NCBI GenBank assembly: GCA_963745235.1
Contig: CAVUXE010000010.1
Span: 55,549 to 119,548, forward strand
Direction: 5' to 3'
Source of the DNA: an uncultured Spirochaetota bacterium
GTDB lineage: Bacteria; Spirochaetota; Spirochaetia; SZUA-6; Fen-1364
DNA: 64,000 nt
Shown here: in pieces, positions 20,822 to 32,619 of the stretch
Position numbering within the stretch: position 1 is the stretch's first letter
Layout of the letters: each line of letters starts with the position of its first letter
The notes under the pieces: generated by a model
Told to the model about the DNA's origin: nothing
The model's database searches: none
What the model saw: the letters and a program-made list of their open reading frames with translations, nothing else
Made by a program: the position numbers and the translations under genes

Positions 20822-21330
20822 CTCGCTGCCCTCATGCGACTGTCCTCCCCCCGGAGCCTGCTGAGCTCCCGCTTCTCCCCGACGCCGAGGACCGCGCTCA
20901 CATCCAGCAGGGCGACGAGCCTGTCGTCGATCTTGCCCACGCCCGTGACGAGCTCACGGGAAAGCCTTCCCAGAAGAAGCGGAGCCTGCTCGATCTGCTC
21001 TGCGGGGATGCGCACCACCTGGCTCGCGGAGTCCACGACCATGCCCAGGAGCTGACCCTCCACCTGGACGACGATCACGCGGGTCATTGCCGTGGCGTCC
21101 TGCGCCTGCAGGCCGAACCGCTCTCTCAAGTCGATGATCGGGATGACATCCCCCCGCAGGTTGATGATGCCCCTGATGAAGGAGGGCGCCCGCGGCAGCC
21201 AGGTGATCTCCCTGACCCTGATGACCTCCCTTACTCGCAGGAGCTCCAGCCCGTATTCTTCCTCTGCAACGGTGAAGCTGATGAACTGCCGCAGCTCGCT
21301 TTCTCCCCGACGTTCTTTCACAGATTCCAT
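20818..21330 (-). CDS. cheW: Chemotaxis coupling protein CheW
   Basis: EEYGLELLRVREVI, GIINLRGDVIPIIDLR, GMVVDSASQV. Confidence 0.93.
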   Translation of the reverse strand: MESVKERRGESELRQFISFTVAEEEYGLELLRVREVIRVREITWLPRAPSFIRGIINLRGDVIPIIDLRERFGLQAQDATAMTRVIVVQVEGQLLGMVVDSASQVVRIPAEQIEQAPLLLGRLSRELVTGVGKIDDRLVALLDVSAVLGVGEKRELSRLRGEDSRMRAAR

Positions 21331-21376
21331 TGTCTCCTCCTTGGTGCCTCTCCGGCGCTCATCCTTCAGCCGCGGA

Positions 21377-22450
21377 CTACTCCTGGATCAGCCAGGTTGA
21401 CGCCGGCGCGCTGAGGAAAATATCAACGATGTGCCGATCGAACTGCTTTCCTGCAAGGCCCTCGATCTCCTCCAGGGCGGAGTCAAGCGTGAGCGGCCTG
21501 CGATACGGGCGCCGCGAGGTCATTGCATCCATGGTGTCGAGGATGGTGAATATCCTGGCATTCACCGGGATTTCCGTTCCCCGCAAGCCGTGGGGATAGC
21601 CCTGGCCGTCGAACCTTTCGTGATGGGACAGAACGACATCCGTCGCATGGGAAAGGAACTCGATGTTCTGCAGCATCGTGAGGCCCATGAGCGGGTGCTT
21701 CTCCATGATTCTCCGCTCCTCGGGCGTGAGACCCCCCGTTTTCAACAGAATGGCCTCGGGAATGCCGATCTTGCCGACGTCGTGGAGGCAGGCTCCCCAC
21801 CTGAGGTCGCGAAGCTCGAGCTCCGGGAGCGAAAGCAGGGCTCCCAGGCGAACGCTGTTCTGCGACACCCGGGCGCAGTGATCCGCGGTCTCGTGGTCCT
21901 TGAGATTGAGCGCGGCCCCCAGGGAGGCCACGGTGATGTCGCAGATTTCCTCCAGCCGGCGCGAGGACTGCGTGAGCTCCTCCGATTTGATGCGCGCCAG
22001 CGTATGCATGGCGCGGGCATAGCTCTGTACCTTCTCCCGCGCCTCCCATTCCTCCCGCGCCTTGTCGAACCTGCTGAGAAAGTCACCTACCGTGAAGGGC
22101 TTGGTGATGTAGTCCACGGCACCTGCCCGGATGGCCGTGACCGCTGTTTCTATGTCGTCGCGACCGGTCATGACAATGGTGACAGGCCCTTCCGAGGCCC
22201 TGGCCCCCGTGATGGAGAGCCCGGACCCGTCGGGAAGGTTCACATCAATGAAGAGGATGTCGTAGCGCCTCTTCTCCATCAGCAGGCGGGCCTCTTTCAG
22301 GCTGCCGGCCACGTCGCACGCAGCGCCCCTGATCCTCAGCATGGCCGCAACGAGCGCCTGGATTTCCGGGTGGTCCTCCAGCAGCAGCACCGCGGGAGCC
22401 CGCGGCGCCACTGCAAAGCCGCTGTCAATTTCCAGACGATCCAGTTTCAT
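21377..22450 (-). CDS. REC-HD-GYP c-di-GMP phosphodiesterase response regulator
   Basis: REC (EDH, DVNLPD, KPF); HCARV, LHDVGKIG, HHERFDGQGYP, DAMTSRRPYR. Confidence 0.92.
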   Translation of the reverse strand: MKLDRLEIDSGFAVAPRAPAVLLLEDHPEIQALVAAMLRIRGAACDVAGSLKEARLLMEKRRYDILFIDVNLPDGSGLSITGARASEGPVTIVMTGRDDIETAVTAIRAGAVDYITKPFTVGDFLSRFDKAREEWEAREKVQSYARAMHTLARIKSEELTQSSRRLEEICDITVASLGAALNLKDHETADHCARVSQNSVRLGALLSLPELELRDLRWGACLHDVGKIGIPEAILLKTGGLTPEERRIMEKHPLMGLTMLQNIEFLSHATDVVLSHHERFDGQGYPHGLRGTEIPVNARIFTILDTMDAMTSRRPYRRPLTLDSALEEIEGLAGKQFDRHIVDIFLSAPASTWLIQE

Positions 22451-22475
22451 GAGTTACGCCTCCGAGAACACGGCT

Positions 22476-24539
22476 TCATGCCACCACGGCCTGAGGCTCC
22501 GCCTCATCAGAGGGCACCGGAAGCGCCACGCTCTCCGTCCGAGCCTCTACCTTGAACTGCGCCACCAGCTTCTGCAGCTGCTGCGCCATCCCCGAAAGCT
22601 GCTCCGTGGAGGCCGACATCTCCTCCGCCGCCGACGCCGCCCCCTGCGTCAGCTCGTTCACGTTCTCCACCGCCGTGCTCACCTGCTTCGCGTTGGTCGC
22701 CTGCTCCTCCGTGGCCGCCGTGATGCTCTGGCTCATCTCGTTCACCCGCGTCAGCGCCTTCGCCAGCTCCTTCACCGCCTCCACCTGCTGCCCCATGCTC
22801 TGCGTCAGCCCTGCAACCGTCTGGTTCACCTGCTGCGAGGCCGCCCGTATCTGCTCCATGGCCAGCTGCGACCCCCGCGCCTTCTTCACCCCTTCCCCGA
22901 CGCTCCGCGCGCTCTCCTTGATCAGCGCCTCGATCTCCTTCGTGGAGACGGAGCTCCTGTCCGCCAGCTTCGACACTTCCTCCGCCACCACCGCAAATCC
23001 CCGCCCGTGCTCTCCCGCGCGCGCCGCCTCGATGGAGGCGTTCAGCGCCAGGAGGTTCGTCTGCTCGGCGATCTCGGAGATCACCCCCACGATCCCGGCT
23101 ATCTTTTCCGAGCTGGCCGCAATCAGGTTGATCCCGTCCACCACCTGCCCCACCGCCTGCGCCCCCTCCTGGGAGCTTTCCACCGAGCGGCTGGCAAGCC
23201 CGGAGATCTCCGTCAGGCTCCGCGAGACAGCGTCGATTGACTCCTGCACTTTCTCCATGGAGGCCGTGCCCTGCTCCACCGCTTCCGCCTGGCTTTGAGC
23301 GCTGCCGCTGACCTGTTCCACGCTGGCGGACAGCTCCTCCATGGACGCGGAGGTTTCTTCGAGGGTCGAGGCCTGGCTCTGCGCCCCCTCGGAGAGGGAC
23401 TGCGCGCTTCCGGAGATCTGCTCGCTGGAGGCAGCCACCTGCGCGGCGGTCTCCTGGATGGTTGCGACCATCGTCCGCAGCTTCAGGGAGGTTTCATCCA
23501 GGGCGACTCCCAGCACCCCGATCTCATCGCTCTTCTGGAGAAGACCTTCGTCCACCTTCTCCCTCAGGTCACCGCTGGCAACACTTTGCAGCAGGTTGAC
23601 CATCTTCCCGATGGGAGACGATATGGACCTGGCGAAGAAGGAAAAGACGATCCCTCCGGCGGCCAACCCCGCGACCATGATCGCGAAAATGGAAAGCAGA
23701 AGGTCGCGATAGGCGACCTGGCTCTGGCTGACCTTCCTGGTTTCAGCCACCACAGAGGCTATCAGGGGCTCCACCTTGTGGATCGCGTCCCGCATAGTCC
23801 CCTGGAGGCCGTCGTTTTCTGTGAGCCCGATCTCTTTCTGGAGGTCCAGGAAGGTCTGCATGGCCGCCTGGTATCTATCGATGTCGCCGGTGAGCGCTGA
23901 GCGGGTCGGCTCGGGAAGCCGGCCGGCCCCGCTTCGCAGGACCGCGGCCGCCTGGTTGACCTGGTCGATATATGTGGCGTCCGGGCGAATGAGGTAGTCC
24001 TTCTCCGAGCGGCGCATCGTGAGAAGGGCGATCGTCAAAGAGGGATTCCTGGTCCCTTCCAGGCGGCTTTCGATATCGCGGGCAGCCAAGCGCCAGTCAC
24101 CCTCTGCTCCCCATTCCGCGAAGCCGAGCTTGCGGTATGCAGAGACGAGCTTCGCGAACGACTCGTTGTATCCGACAACGGCAGTCCGCAGGTCAGTGAT
24201 TGTCTGGGGGTTCTTCACCTGGTGAAGCCGATCCAGTGAGTCGATGGCCGTCATCAGGTTCTTTGTGGACTCGTCATGCTTTGCCAGATTGGTCCCGGTT
24301 CCATCCTTGAAGAACTGCTCTGTCCGTATGTCGCGAAGCTGGGAGTCCTTTTCGTTCCTCCTGGCCTGCAGCATCCAGAAATCGATGTCGTTCGCCGCTG
24401 AATGCGCCGTGCTGGCTCGATCGCTTCTCTGGTAGAAGTAGATGAGGCTGAAGACCCACGTCGCCCCGATGCACAGCGTGAGGAGCATGAAGATCCCCAC
24501 CATCTTCTTGAAGATTGTCGCTCTCTTCTCAACGCCCAT
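22476..24539 (-). CDS. Methyl-accepting chemotaxis protein (bimodular helical sensor, HAMP, signalling domain)
   Basis: Two TMs; duplicated sensor motif (LQARRNEKD / LTMRRSEKD); [30 protein letters not shown]. Confidence 0.95.
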   Translation of the reverse strand: MGVEKRATIFKKMVGIFMLLTLCIGATWVFSLIYFYQRSDRASTAHSAANDIDFWMLQARRNEKDSQLRDIRTEQFFKDGTGTNLAKHDESTKNLMTAIDSLDRLHQVKNPQTITDLRTAVVGYNESFAKLVSAYRKLGFAEWGAEGDWRLAARDIESRLEGTRNPSLTIALLTMRRSEKDYLIRPDATYIDQVNQAAAVLRSGAGRLPEPTRSALTGDIDRYQAAMQTFLDLQKEIGLTENDGLQGTMRDAIHKVEPLIASVVAETRKVSQSQVAYRDLLLSIFAIMVAGLAAGGIVFSFFARSISSPIGKMVNLLQSVASGDLREKVDEGLLQKSDEIGVLGVALDETSLKLRTMVATIQETAAQVAASSEQISGSAQSLSEGAQSQASTLEETSASMEELSASVEQVSGSAQSQAEAVEQGTASMEKVQESIDAVSRSLTEISGLASRSVESSQEGAQAVGQVVDGINLIAASSEKIAGIVGVISEIAEQTNLLALNASIEAARAGEHGRGFAVVAEEVSKLADRSSVSTKEIEALIKESARSVGEGVKKARGSQLAMEQIRAASQQVNQTVAGLTQSMGQQVEAVKELAKALTRVNEMSQSITAATEEQATNAKQVSTAVENVNELTQGAASAAEEMSASTEQLSGMAQQLQKLVAQFKVEARTESVALPVPSDEAEPQAVVA

Positions 24540-24542
24540 TTG

Positions 24543-24977
24543 TTATTCCTCCTGGCGCGCCTGTGCGCGCGGAATTGTCACGTGTGCCCCAACGGGGCAT
24601 CTGAGTGCGTACTGAACCGTCCCGAGGAGAGTTTCCCTGTCCACGGGCTTGGGCAGGCAGCCGAGCGCCCACCCGGCAGCCGGACAAAGGCACCGTCCCC
24701 GCGTCGAGCCGGTCATGATCACGAGGGGAGGCTTGTCCGAGACAGACGCCGCCTGTTGGAGAACTTCCCGTCCGGCTGGGCAGGGAAGGGCGAGATCCAG
24801 AAGAACGAGGCTGAAGGATCTCGACTCGAGCAGCTTCCACACGCCCCTCGTGTCCCCGCAGAGGGAGAGATTGGTGAGTCCCGCCGAATGCAGGGTTATG
24901 CGCAGGGAGATGAGGGTCTGGTCGTCATCGGCGCAGATCAGGATTGGATTTCCGGGGCCTGCCCGTAGCTCTTTCAT
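24543..24977 (-). CDS. Single-domain response regulator resembling the REC domain of the neighbouring NtrC-type activator
   Basis: DDD, VLLDLALP, MTG, KPV; SAGLTNL versus LAGITNL in the activator. Confidence 0.72.
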   Translation of the reverse strand: MKELRAGPGNPILICADDDQTLISLRITLHSAGLTNLSLCGDTRGVWKLLESRSFSLVLLDLALPCPAGREVLQQAASVSDKPPLVIMTGSTRGRCLCPAAGWALGCLPKPVDRETLLGTVQYALRCPVGAHVTIPRAQARQEE

Positions 24978-24988
24978 GGACACGGCAA

Positions 24989-25005
24989 AGCAAGGGGCAT
25001 GCCAA
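24989..25005 (-). promoter_or_regulatory. sigma54 (-24/-12) promoter of the REC-MCP-HD-GYP-cheW operon
   Basis: Minus strand TTGGCATGCCCCTTGCT (GG-N10-GC); AT-rich tract at about 25020-25055 upstream. Confidence 0.75.
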
Positions 25006-25124
25006 TTCAGCGTATTCCAGCTAATTAATTATTGAATAAAGAATTACTACTATTCTGCGCAAGTCACTCCCACGGAACATAAGGCATGTCGAAACCAGGC
25101 AAAGGGGAAAACGTGCAAAATGTC

Positions 25125-26540
25125 CTAGGGGTTCCTGTTCAGGCGTCGGTTCAAGGCTGTACGGGTCAGGCCAAGCTGGCGGGCGGCCGTGGACTGGTTT
25201 CCCTCCGCGCGCCTCAGGGCTTCCTCAATGAGCTGTCGGCTCGCTTCCCTCAAGGTGGGCAGAGTCTGGCAGCTTGAGAAAGGATTCTGCCCATCCTCGG
25301 CGCATGCACCATCGAGGGGCTCCGCGGCGGCGCCAGAGCGCTCTCCGATTGCGGCGCGAAAGCTCTCCAGGGAAAGAACCCGGGATTCGTGGCGCACAAC
25401 CGCGTCGAAAATCATGCCCTCCAACTCCCGTATGTTGCCGGGAAAAGAATAGCTGCGGAGAACGGGAAGAAGCTCCCGCGGGACGGCGGGACGATTTTTC
25501 CCCACCACCTTCGACGCCTTGTCGAAGAAGTGATCCACCAGCAGCTCGAGGTCCGCGCGACGCTCCCGCAGGGGCGGGATCCGGATGTGGTGAGATCGAA
25601 GACGGTACAGGAGGTCTTTTCTGAGCTTGCCTTCATTCGTGGCTTTCGAGACGTCCAGGTTCGTGGCGAAAACGAACCGCGCCGTGGTGGGCCGCGGCCG
25701 ATCCGTGCCCAGCGGGTAGTACTCCCGCTCCTGGAGGAGCCGCAGGAGCTTTATCTGGGACTCCGCGGCAAGGTCTCCGATCTCATCCAGGAAGAGTGTC
25801 CCCCCTTCCGCCTTCGCGACCATCCCTTCCCGTGTCGTGTCGGCTCCCGTGTAGGCGCCCTTGACGTGCCCGAACAGGGTGTCGGCGAACAGAGTATCGT
25901 CGAGGCCGGCCACGTTCACGGGCACGAAGCCGCCGCTCCGGCGGCTCACCGCGTGGATGGCCCTCGCCACCAGCTCCTTGCCCACGCCCGTATCTCCTGT
26001 AACAAGGACGGGCAGCGATGTGGGGGCGATTGCCTCGGCGTATTTGAAGATCGAGAGCATCCCGGGGTCCCTCGTCACGATGTCTTTGAACGCCTCGGGA
26101 TGCGCCGGTTGCGAGGACAGCATGCCCTCCCGCAGGGAGGTGACCTCGCGCGCGGTCTCCCACTTCTCGATTGCATGCCGAAGGCTCGTGACAAGGCGGG
26201 TCCTGTTGATGGGTTTCTCCAGATAGTCGAATGCCCCCGCGCGCATGCATTTCACGACGGTCTCCACGTCTCCCGTCCCCGTCGCCACGATGACGGGAGT
26301 CTCCGGCCTTTCTTCGAGGATCAGGGAGAGGAGGTCGAGCCCCGAGATGCCAGGCATCATCAGGTCAAGGACCACTCCCGCGAAGGATTGCTCGCGGACG
26401 GCGGCAGCGGCTGCATCCCCGTCCTCACGCTCAGCGAGGTTCGTGATCCCGGCGAGGAGAAGCGCGGTCCGCACCGAGGACCGGATCTCACCCTCGTCAT
26501 CCACAATGAGCACGGGCTCCGCGGGATACGGCCGGCTCAC
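25125..26540 (-). CDS. NtrC-family sigma54-dependent activator (REC-AAA+-HTH)
   Basis: GDTGVGKE, LFGHVKGAYTGA, LFLDEIGD, FPGNIREL, GNQSTAARQLG; GTG start overlaps the kinase stop. Confidence 0.95.
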   Translation of the reverse strand: MSRPYPAEPVLIVDDEGEIRSSVRTALLLAGITNLAEREDGDAAAAAVREQSFAGVVLDLMMPGISGLDLLSLILEERPETPVIVATGTGDVETVVKCMRAGAFDYLEKPINRTRLVTSLRHAIEKWETAREVTSLREGMLSSQPAHPEAFKDIVTRDPGMLSIFKYAEAIAPTSLPVLVTGDTGVGKELVARAIHAVSRRSGGFVPVNVAGLDDTLFADTLFGHVKGAYTGADTTREGMVAKAEGGTLFLDEIGDLAAESQIKLLRLLQEREYYPLGTDRPRPTTARFVFATNLDVSKATNEGKLRKDLLYRLRSHHIRIPPLRERRADLELLVDHFFDKASKVVGKNRPAVPRELLPVLRSYSFPGNIRELEGMIFDAVVRHESRVLSLESFRAAIGERSGAAAEPLDGACAEDGQNPFSSCQTLPTLREASRQLIEEALRRAEGNQSTAARQLGLTRTALNRRLNRNP

Positions 26541-29386
26541 CGCGATCCTCCTGCCACCGGCAGCCCTCCTGCCACCGGCAGGCGCACAGTCACCCGGGTT
26601 CCCTTGCCTGCCTGCGAGCTGAAGCTCATAGTTCCTCCGTGATTGGTCACGATGCGCGAGGAGACGGCCAGTCCCAGGCCGGATCCTCCGCTCGCGCGCT
26701 TTGTCGTGAAGAAGGGGTCTGTCACCCGCGGGATGTTCTGCGGCGGGATCCCGACCCCCTGGTCTTCCACCTCCACGCAGACCCATCCATCCTCCGTGAA
26801 TGTGGACACCGTGATTCCCCGGTCATGCGACGGAAGGGACTGGCACGCGTTGGTGAAGAGGTTGATGAGGACCTGCTCGATCTGGTGATAGTTCCCTCGA
26901 ATTGCGGGCAGACCGGGCGCTTCCCTCACGGAGAAGGAATCCGTGGACTTGCGGATCAGGTTTCCCGCTATCATCACCGCGGAGCCGATCACCGCGCTCA
27001 CATCAACGCCGTCTGTCAGGTCTCCCTCGTCTCCGCGCGCGAAATCCCGAAGGTTCCCAAGGAGCTTCTCGATCCGTTTCGACCCCTCCTCGATGCCGGC
27101 CAGGAGGTCTTCCACCATGCCGCGCGCCTCCTCGAAGGGAATTCCCCGGATTGCGAGATCCCCCTCGTTCTTCGCGGCCTGGCCTAGGATATGCCGTATC
27201 TCGCTCCAAAGCTCCTTCAGGTTCTGCGAGTTCAAACGGATGAAGTTGTTGGGGTTGTTGATCTCGTGAGCAACCCCTGAGACGAGCGTACCGAGGGATG
27301 CCAGCTTGGCCGCCTGGAAAAGCTCCTTTTCATGCTCTCTCGCGCGCTCTTCGGCCCGCTTGCGCTCGGTGAAATCCCGGGTCACCCCGATGAGACGGAC
27401 TATGCGGCCGGTTTCCTCCCGCACGGGCACCAGCGTAGTGGAGTAGTGGGCCCGGCCGCCCGGGAGGTCAAGGGTCTCCTCAAAGCTCATAGGCTTTCCT
27501 GCCTCGAATGCACCGCAGATTGTCGGCATTCACTCTTTCCGCGATCTCCGGAGCAAGATACTCATCAGGGAACCTCCCCACCACCTCCGCCGCGGATATC
27601 CCCAGCATCTTTTCCTGCGCGGGATTGTAGCTCAGCGTCCGAAAGAGTCGGTCCGGCGTCACCTCGACGACGAAGATGCCGTCCGATGTGTTCTCGAAGA
27701 TCTCGCGGTACCGCGCCTCGCTGTCGCGCAACGCCTTTTCCATGCGCCGGCGATCCGTCATGTCGCGGGAGATCGTCAGGAGGCATTTCTCGCCGTCGAT
27801 CTCCACGGTCCGTGACGACAGGAGCGCGTGGCGGGTGGTCCCGTCTTTCCGCCGAAGGGATGCCTCGAATCCCGAGGCCTCCCCTTCTTCCTCCAGGAGC
27901 CGGACCCACTCCGCTCGCTCCCGCGGATTCACCCAGATGCCGAGCGCGTCCGGCAGGGACGAACGGCCGATGGCTTCTTCACGGGAGTAGCCGTTCGCTT
28001 TCGTGAAGCCGAGGTTCGCTTCCAGGATGACGCCGTTGGAGATCCGGCTGATGGTGATGGAATCCGGGCTCGCATGAAATGCCTTGGAGAACTTTTCCTC
28101 GGATTGGCGCAGCGCCCTTTCGGTCCTCCGGTTTTCCGTGATGTCACGAGCCACACCGATTATCCGGTAGATGCTCCCCGAAGCATCCCTGACGGGAACG
28201 AGCGTTGTATGCCACGAAAACAGTCCGGCGGGCAGCGCGATCTCCTCTTCGAAACTGATCGGCGCTCCCGCTTCCAGGCATTTCTCATTGTGGGCGGTCA
28301 CTGCGCGAGCGGTTTCCGGGGCAAAGAGCTCCTCGTTGAACCTGCCGACCGCTTCGGCGCTGGAGATCCCCACCATCCTTTCCATGGCAGGGTTGTACGC
28401 GGCAATGCGAAACCGGCGCTCAGGGGTCACGTCGACCACGAAAATGCCGTCCCACGTGTTCTCGAAAATCTCCCGGTAGCGACGCTCACTCTCACGGAGA
28501 GCTTCCTCCGCTCTGTTCCGATCAGTCGTGTCGATGGGGAGGGCAATCAGACGGCAAATGCGGCCGTTCGCATCGCGCACTGGTACGAGCGATGTGTGAA
28601 CCGACAGGCGTCCTGACGGCATGTCGATCACCTCGTCGAAGCTCGTTGTCGAGCCCGTCTCCACACATGTGCGATAGTTGGCATTGAGCTCTCCCGCGAC
28701 GTCTGGCGGCAGGACTTCCTCAACGAGCTTCCCCGTCACCTGGACGGCCGACAGGCCTGTCATCCTTTCCACCGCCGGGTTGGCGGCGACCACCCTGAAT
28801 CTGAGGTCTGCTGTAACGTCGAAAAGAGCAATGCCGCTGGTGCTGTTCAGGAATATCTCCCGGTATCGCTGCTCGCTCTCCGTGAGCGCCGCCGCGATTC
28901 GAAGGGACTCGATTGCCGGGCCCGTCAGGGACGCAAGAATCCTGCCAAGCTCGAGGTCCTCCGGTTCGAATGGCGGGGACTCCCGGTTGTGCAGAGAAAC
29001 AAACCCAACGACTTCGCCGCCTGCGTGACGAAGGGGAAAGACAAGGGCGGATCCGTCGCCGTACCCCGGCCATCCGCTCCCCGCCAGGTCTGCATCAAAG
29101 CTCCTGATGAGGAGGGGCTCGCGTGCTCTTTCCGCTTTCTCCAGGGCGCTGCCTGCCGCAGCGGAAGACCCAGCGAGTGCGGGGCGTGACCCGGGTCAAG
29201 GCATCCCCGCAGCACCAGCGTCGGTCCCTCTCGCGAGTAGAAGCTCCCGCCGCGCGCTCCGGTCAGTCGCCCGTATTCTTCAAGAACCTCGCCTGCCAGA
29301 TGCTCGAGGCCGGGAAGCGAGGCAAGGCGCGCCACCGAATCGAGGAGACCGCGGAGCTTTTCGTTGAGCCCTGCCGACATATTCAT
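26537..29386 (-). CDS. Soluble GAF-like plus 4xPAS NtrB-type histidine kinase; several frameshifts
   Basis: Repeated ES(E)xRYREIFENT.DGIFVV PAS units; GVAHEINNP, QVLINLFTNA, DQGVGI, PFFTTK, GSGLGL across four ORFs. Confidence 0.88.
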
Positions 29387-29441
29387 TGCAATCCTTCCAC
29401 AAATCTATTGAAAGGCGCATCAAAAGCAAGGGAACGGGCAT

Positions 29442-32351
29442 TCAATGCCGGGGAAAGTAGATCGTGAAGACCGTTCCCCAGCCCGGCTCGGAGTCCACGT
29501 CGATGTAGCCATCGTGCTGATTCACAATGCCGTAGACAGTGGAAAGCCCGAGGCCGGTTCCTTTTCCCATCTCCTTGGTCGTGAAGAACGGCTCGAAAAC
29601 ACGCTTCCGCGTGGCCTCGTCCATCCCTGTACCCGTGTCGCTCACCGTCAGGGAAACGTAATCACCGGCCTTTGCTCCCGGGCGACTGCGCGTCCACTCC
29701 TCGTCCAGGACGGCGGTCTGAAGGGAAAAAGTGAGGACCCCGCCGGCGGGCATCGCGTCCTGCGCGTTGATGGCGAGGTTCATCAGGACCTGCTCCACCT
29801 GCCCGACGTCCACCGTGACGAGCCCGACGTCTTCAGCGCACTCCACGCGTATCTCCACAGTCGTCGCGATGGTCCGGCGAAGGAAGACCTGGAAGTCCCG
29901 CACCACGACGCGAAGGTCGACGACGGACTTGGCCAGGCGCTGCATCCGGCTGAAAGCAAGGAGCTTGTGCGTCAGGTCGCGGATGCGCCTGGCAGCGCCA
30001 AGGATGACCAGGCCCGCCTCCTGTTTCGCCCCCTCCCCATCGCCCTGGAGGAGCTCCGAGTAGCCAAGGATGGGCGTCAGGAGATTGTTGATGTCATGGG
30101 AGATCCCGCCTGCCAGACGCCCCACGGATTCCATCTTCTGGGCCTGGCGAAGCTGCTCTTCCAGTCGCGCCCTCTCTTCCTCCGCCTGCGTTCGCTTGGT
30201 GATGTCCACCACGCTGACCAGCGTTGTGGAGAGCCTGTCATTGTCCGCGGGGACGTAGAAATGCATGATCACGTTCAACCGACGTCCCGTCCTGCTGAGA
30301 ACGGTCGTTTCTATGTCATGCTGCTTGCCATGTTCAGCTCTGGCAATCGCCTCCGGGACGAAGCCGGCAAGCGCGGCCGGATCGAAGGTGACGTCCAACG
30401 GCCCGAGGAGCTCCTCACGGGATTTCGCCTCGAACAATCGAACCGTCGTCTCGTTGACATCCACCACCGTCGCCAGGTGCAGCGCGCGGGCAACGAACTC
30501 GGGGTGGGCGTCGATGTACCCCGCGAGGTCCTGGTGCCCCTGGTCATGAAGCACGGAGAGAGCGGTACGCAGCCTCGACGTGTCTACCTCCCAGAGGGAG
30601 ACTGCGGAACGGTGGAATATCGCGCGGTAGCGTATTTCGCTCCGCCGGAGGGCCTCCTCCGCCTCCTTGCGGTCGGAGATGTCGCGCATGACGCCCCAGA
30701 TCCGGATCAGGGCCCCGGAATCGACCACGCCGCTCACGCTGTTCAGGAGCCAGCGGACCTTCCCCTTCGAGTCCGAGCGCGAGCTTTCCGAGCTGGCGAT
30801 CTGGAACGAGGCCCGGATCATGGCATGCAGCGAATCGATGCTTGCCGGGTCTGCGCGGGGGAGCCACACCCCCGGGTCCGCGCCAAGGATATCCTGCTCA
30901 CTGCGGCGCCCCAGCATCCGCACCGCCGCTTCGTTGCACTCCGCGAGCACGAAGTGTCGATAGAACCACTCCACCTGGTCGTCTTCCGAGATGCTCAGGG
31001 GCATTGGCGCGCGCGCTTCGAAACGGAAGATGCCAGCCGCGTTGTCTGCCACGAAAGCCCGGTAGCGGGCCTCGCTTTCAGCAAGGGATGCGAATGACCT
31101 GCGGAGCGCCGCCGCCATGACGTTGAAAGAAGCGGCAAGCTGTCCGATCTCGTCGGTCCCTTCCAGCTGGATGGTCCGTGAGAGGTCCCCGGCCGCAAGG
31201 GACCGCGCCATGCCGTTGAGGAGCACCAGGGGCGCCGTCACGCGCCGGGCCAGGAGCAGGGCGACAAAAACGGAGAGCAGGAGGAACACGGCGACAAGGA
31301 TCGCCGTGGACCGCATGTCGTCGTAGATGTGCTGCGCGAAGTCGGACTCCGGCACCACTTCGGCAATGAGCCAGTCCAGGCCCGGCCCGCCCCGAAAAGG
31401 AGAGACGTACATGATCTGCCGCTGGTGTCCGATGTCCAGTGAGAGCTGGCGCGCGGCTCCCATAGTGTCGCCGGTCCGCAACTCCCGCGCGATTTTCCGC
31501 GCGCCTGTGCGCACCACCGGATCATCGCTCGCGGAGGCAAGAAGGCGCTCAAGACGAGGGCCATTCGTGGCGAAGGGGCTCGCCACGGTGGATGCCGCCA
31601 CGAGCATTCCGGAGCGGTCCAGGATGAACGCCTCGCTGTGCTCCGTCACTCGAATGCTTTTCAGGAACGTCCCCATGGCCGTCAAGGTGAGTGTCACATC
31701 CAGGACGCCGCGGAGCTGTCCATTCGATGCGTAGAGAGGTTTGACGGCATCTATTCCCGCGTCCCCGCTCGTCATCAGGTAAACCTCGCTCCACGTGGCA
31801 GCCCGGGCCCGCGCGGCATCCTGATACCACGGCCGCATGCGGGGGTCATATGTCTGCTGGGAGTGGTAGAACAGCTCGCCTCGACTCCCGCGTTCATCCA
31901 GGGCGTAAGCGTCGAAGTAGTACCCGGTTCCCTGTCCTGACAGCGCGATTGCAAGAGGGAATCCCATTATCCCTCTGCCAACCGCGACGCTCTCCCTCTG
32001 CTCGTCGCTGTACCCCACGGATGTAACGTTCTCGAACCTGTCGATTTCCGCCCTGAATCTGCGCGCCAGCCTGTCAGTACTGACGTCCGTGACGTCGCCC
32101 AGACCGAAAGCAAACGAATTGAGATCATTTATCATCGACGCGGTTGAAACATAGGTCTCCAGGTGCTGCCGGATATTAGCCATGGACTGGCGGCCCAGCT
32201 GGCTTGCAAGCTCGCGGATCGAAACCTGGCCGTTGCGAAAGGTGAAGAACCATGTCACCCCCGCGGTCAGCGTCAGAAGTATCACAATTGTCGCCGTGAT
32301 GACGATGCGCAGGGACGAGTGCGAAAAAGCGCGGCGCACGATCGTTGTCAT
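29442..32351 (-). CDS. dCache-HAMP-PAS-PAS histidine kinase
   Basis: YDPRMRPWY (dCache), [46 protein letters not shown]. Start set to ATG 32351 (AGGAG RBS, promoter upstream). Confidence 0.92.
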   Translation of the reverse strand: MTTIVRRAFSHSSLRIVITATIVILLTLTAGVTWFFTFRNGQVSIRELASQLGRQSMANIRQHLETYVSTASMINDLNSFAFGLGDVTDVSTDRLARRFRAEIDRFENVTSVGYSDEQRESVAVGRGIMGFPLAIALSGQGTGYYFDAYALDERGSRGELFYHSQQTYDPRMRPWYQDAARARAATWSEVYLMTSGDAGIDAVKPLYASNGQLRGVLDVTLTLTAMGTFLKSIRVTEHSEAFILDRSGMLVAASTVASPFATNGPRLERLLASASDDPVVRTGARKIARELRTGDTMGAARQLSLDIGHQRQIMYVSPFRGGPGLDWLIAEVVPESDFAQHIYDDMRSTAILVAVFLLLSVFVALLLARRVTAPLVLLNGMARSLAAGDLSRTIQLEGTDEIGQLAASFNVMAAALRRSFASLAESEARYRAFVADNAAGIFRFEARAPMPLSISEDDQVEWFYRHFVLAECNEAAVRMLGRRSEQDILGADPGVWLPRADPASIDSLHAMIRASFQIASSESSRSDSKGKVRWLLNSVSGVVDSGALIRIWGVMRDISDRKEAEEALRRSEIRYRAIFHRSAVSLWEVDTSRLRTALSVLHDQGHQDLAGYIDAHPEFVARALHLATVVDVNETTVRLFEAKSREELLGPLDVTFDPAALAGFVPEAIARAEHGKQHDIETTVLSRTGRRLNVIMHFYVPADNDRLSTTLVSVVDITKRTQAEEERARLEEQLRQAQKMESVGRLAGGISHDINNLLTPILGYSELLQGDGEGAKQEAGLVILGAARRIRDLTHKLLAFSRMQRLAKSVVDLRVVVRDFQVFLRRTIATTVEIRVECAEDVGLVTVDVGQVEQVLMNLAINAQDAMPAGGVLTFSLQTAVLDEEWTRSRPGAKAGDYVSLTVSDTGTGMDEATRKRVFEPFFTTKEMGKGTGLGLSTVYGIVNQHDGYIDVDSEPGWGTVFTIYFPRH

Positions 32352-32433
32352 GTCGCCTGACTCCTGTGCCTGACAGTGAATTGCGCCACCAGCTTCTGCA
32401 TCTGCTGCCCCATCCTCCTTCGAAGACGGCAAA

Positions 32434-32450
32434 TGCAACACGCGTGCCAA
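32434..32450 (-). promoter_or_regulatory. sigma54 (-24/-12) promoter of the kinase-kinase-activator genes
   Basis: Minus strand TTGGCACGCGTGTTGCA, a full match to YTGGCACG-N4-TTGCW. Confidence 0.8.
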
Positions 32451-32619
32451 TCCGGGGAAAAAATCGGCCTTTCGTGAGATCGCGAGCCAATAGCTTTTGG
32501 AGAAAGAAATTAGGATATCCCGCGACCGTGGACTCAGACTGTTGCTCATGGCTTCATAAGCAAAGGGGTGTGCCGAAAGAGCACCGCGGAAGAGGACTGC
32601 TACGGTAAGACGGGACTGC

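Noticed and set aside
29425-29441. sigma54-like site before the GAF/PAS kinase
   Set aside because: Has TTGCT but lacks the invariant GG at -24.
32559-32576. Additional sigma54 promoter (TCGGCACACCCCTTTGCT, minus) before ATG 32549
   Set aside because: GG-GC spacing is 11 rather than 10. It could be a homopolymer error but is unsupported as read.
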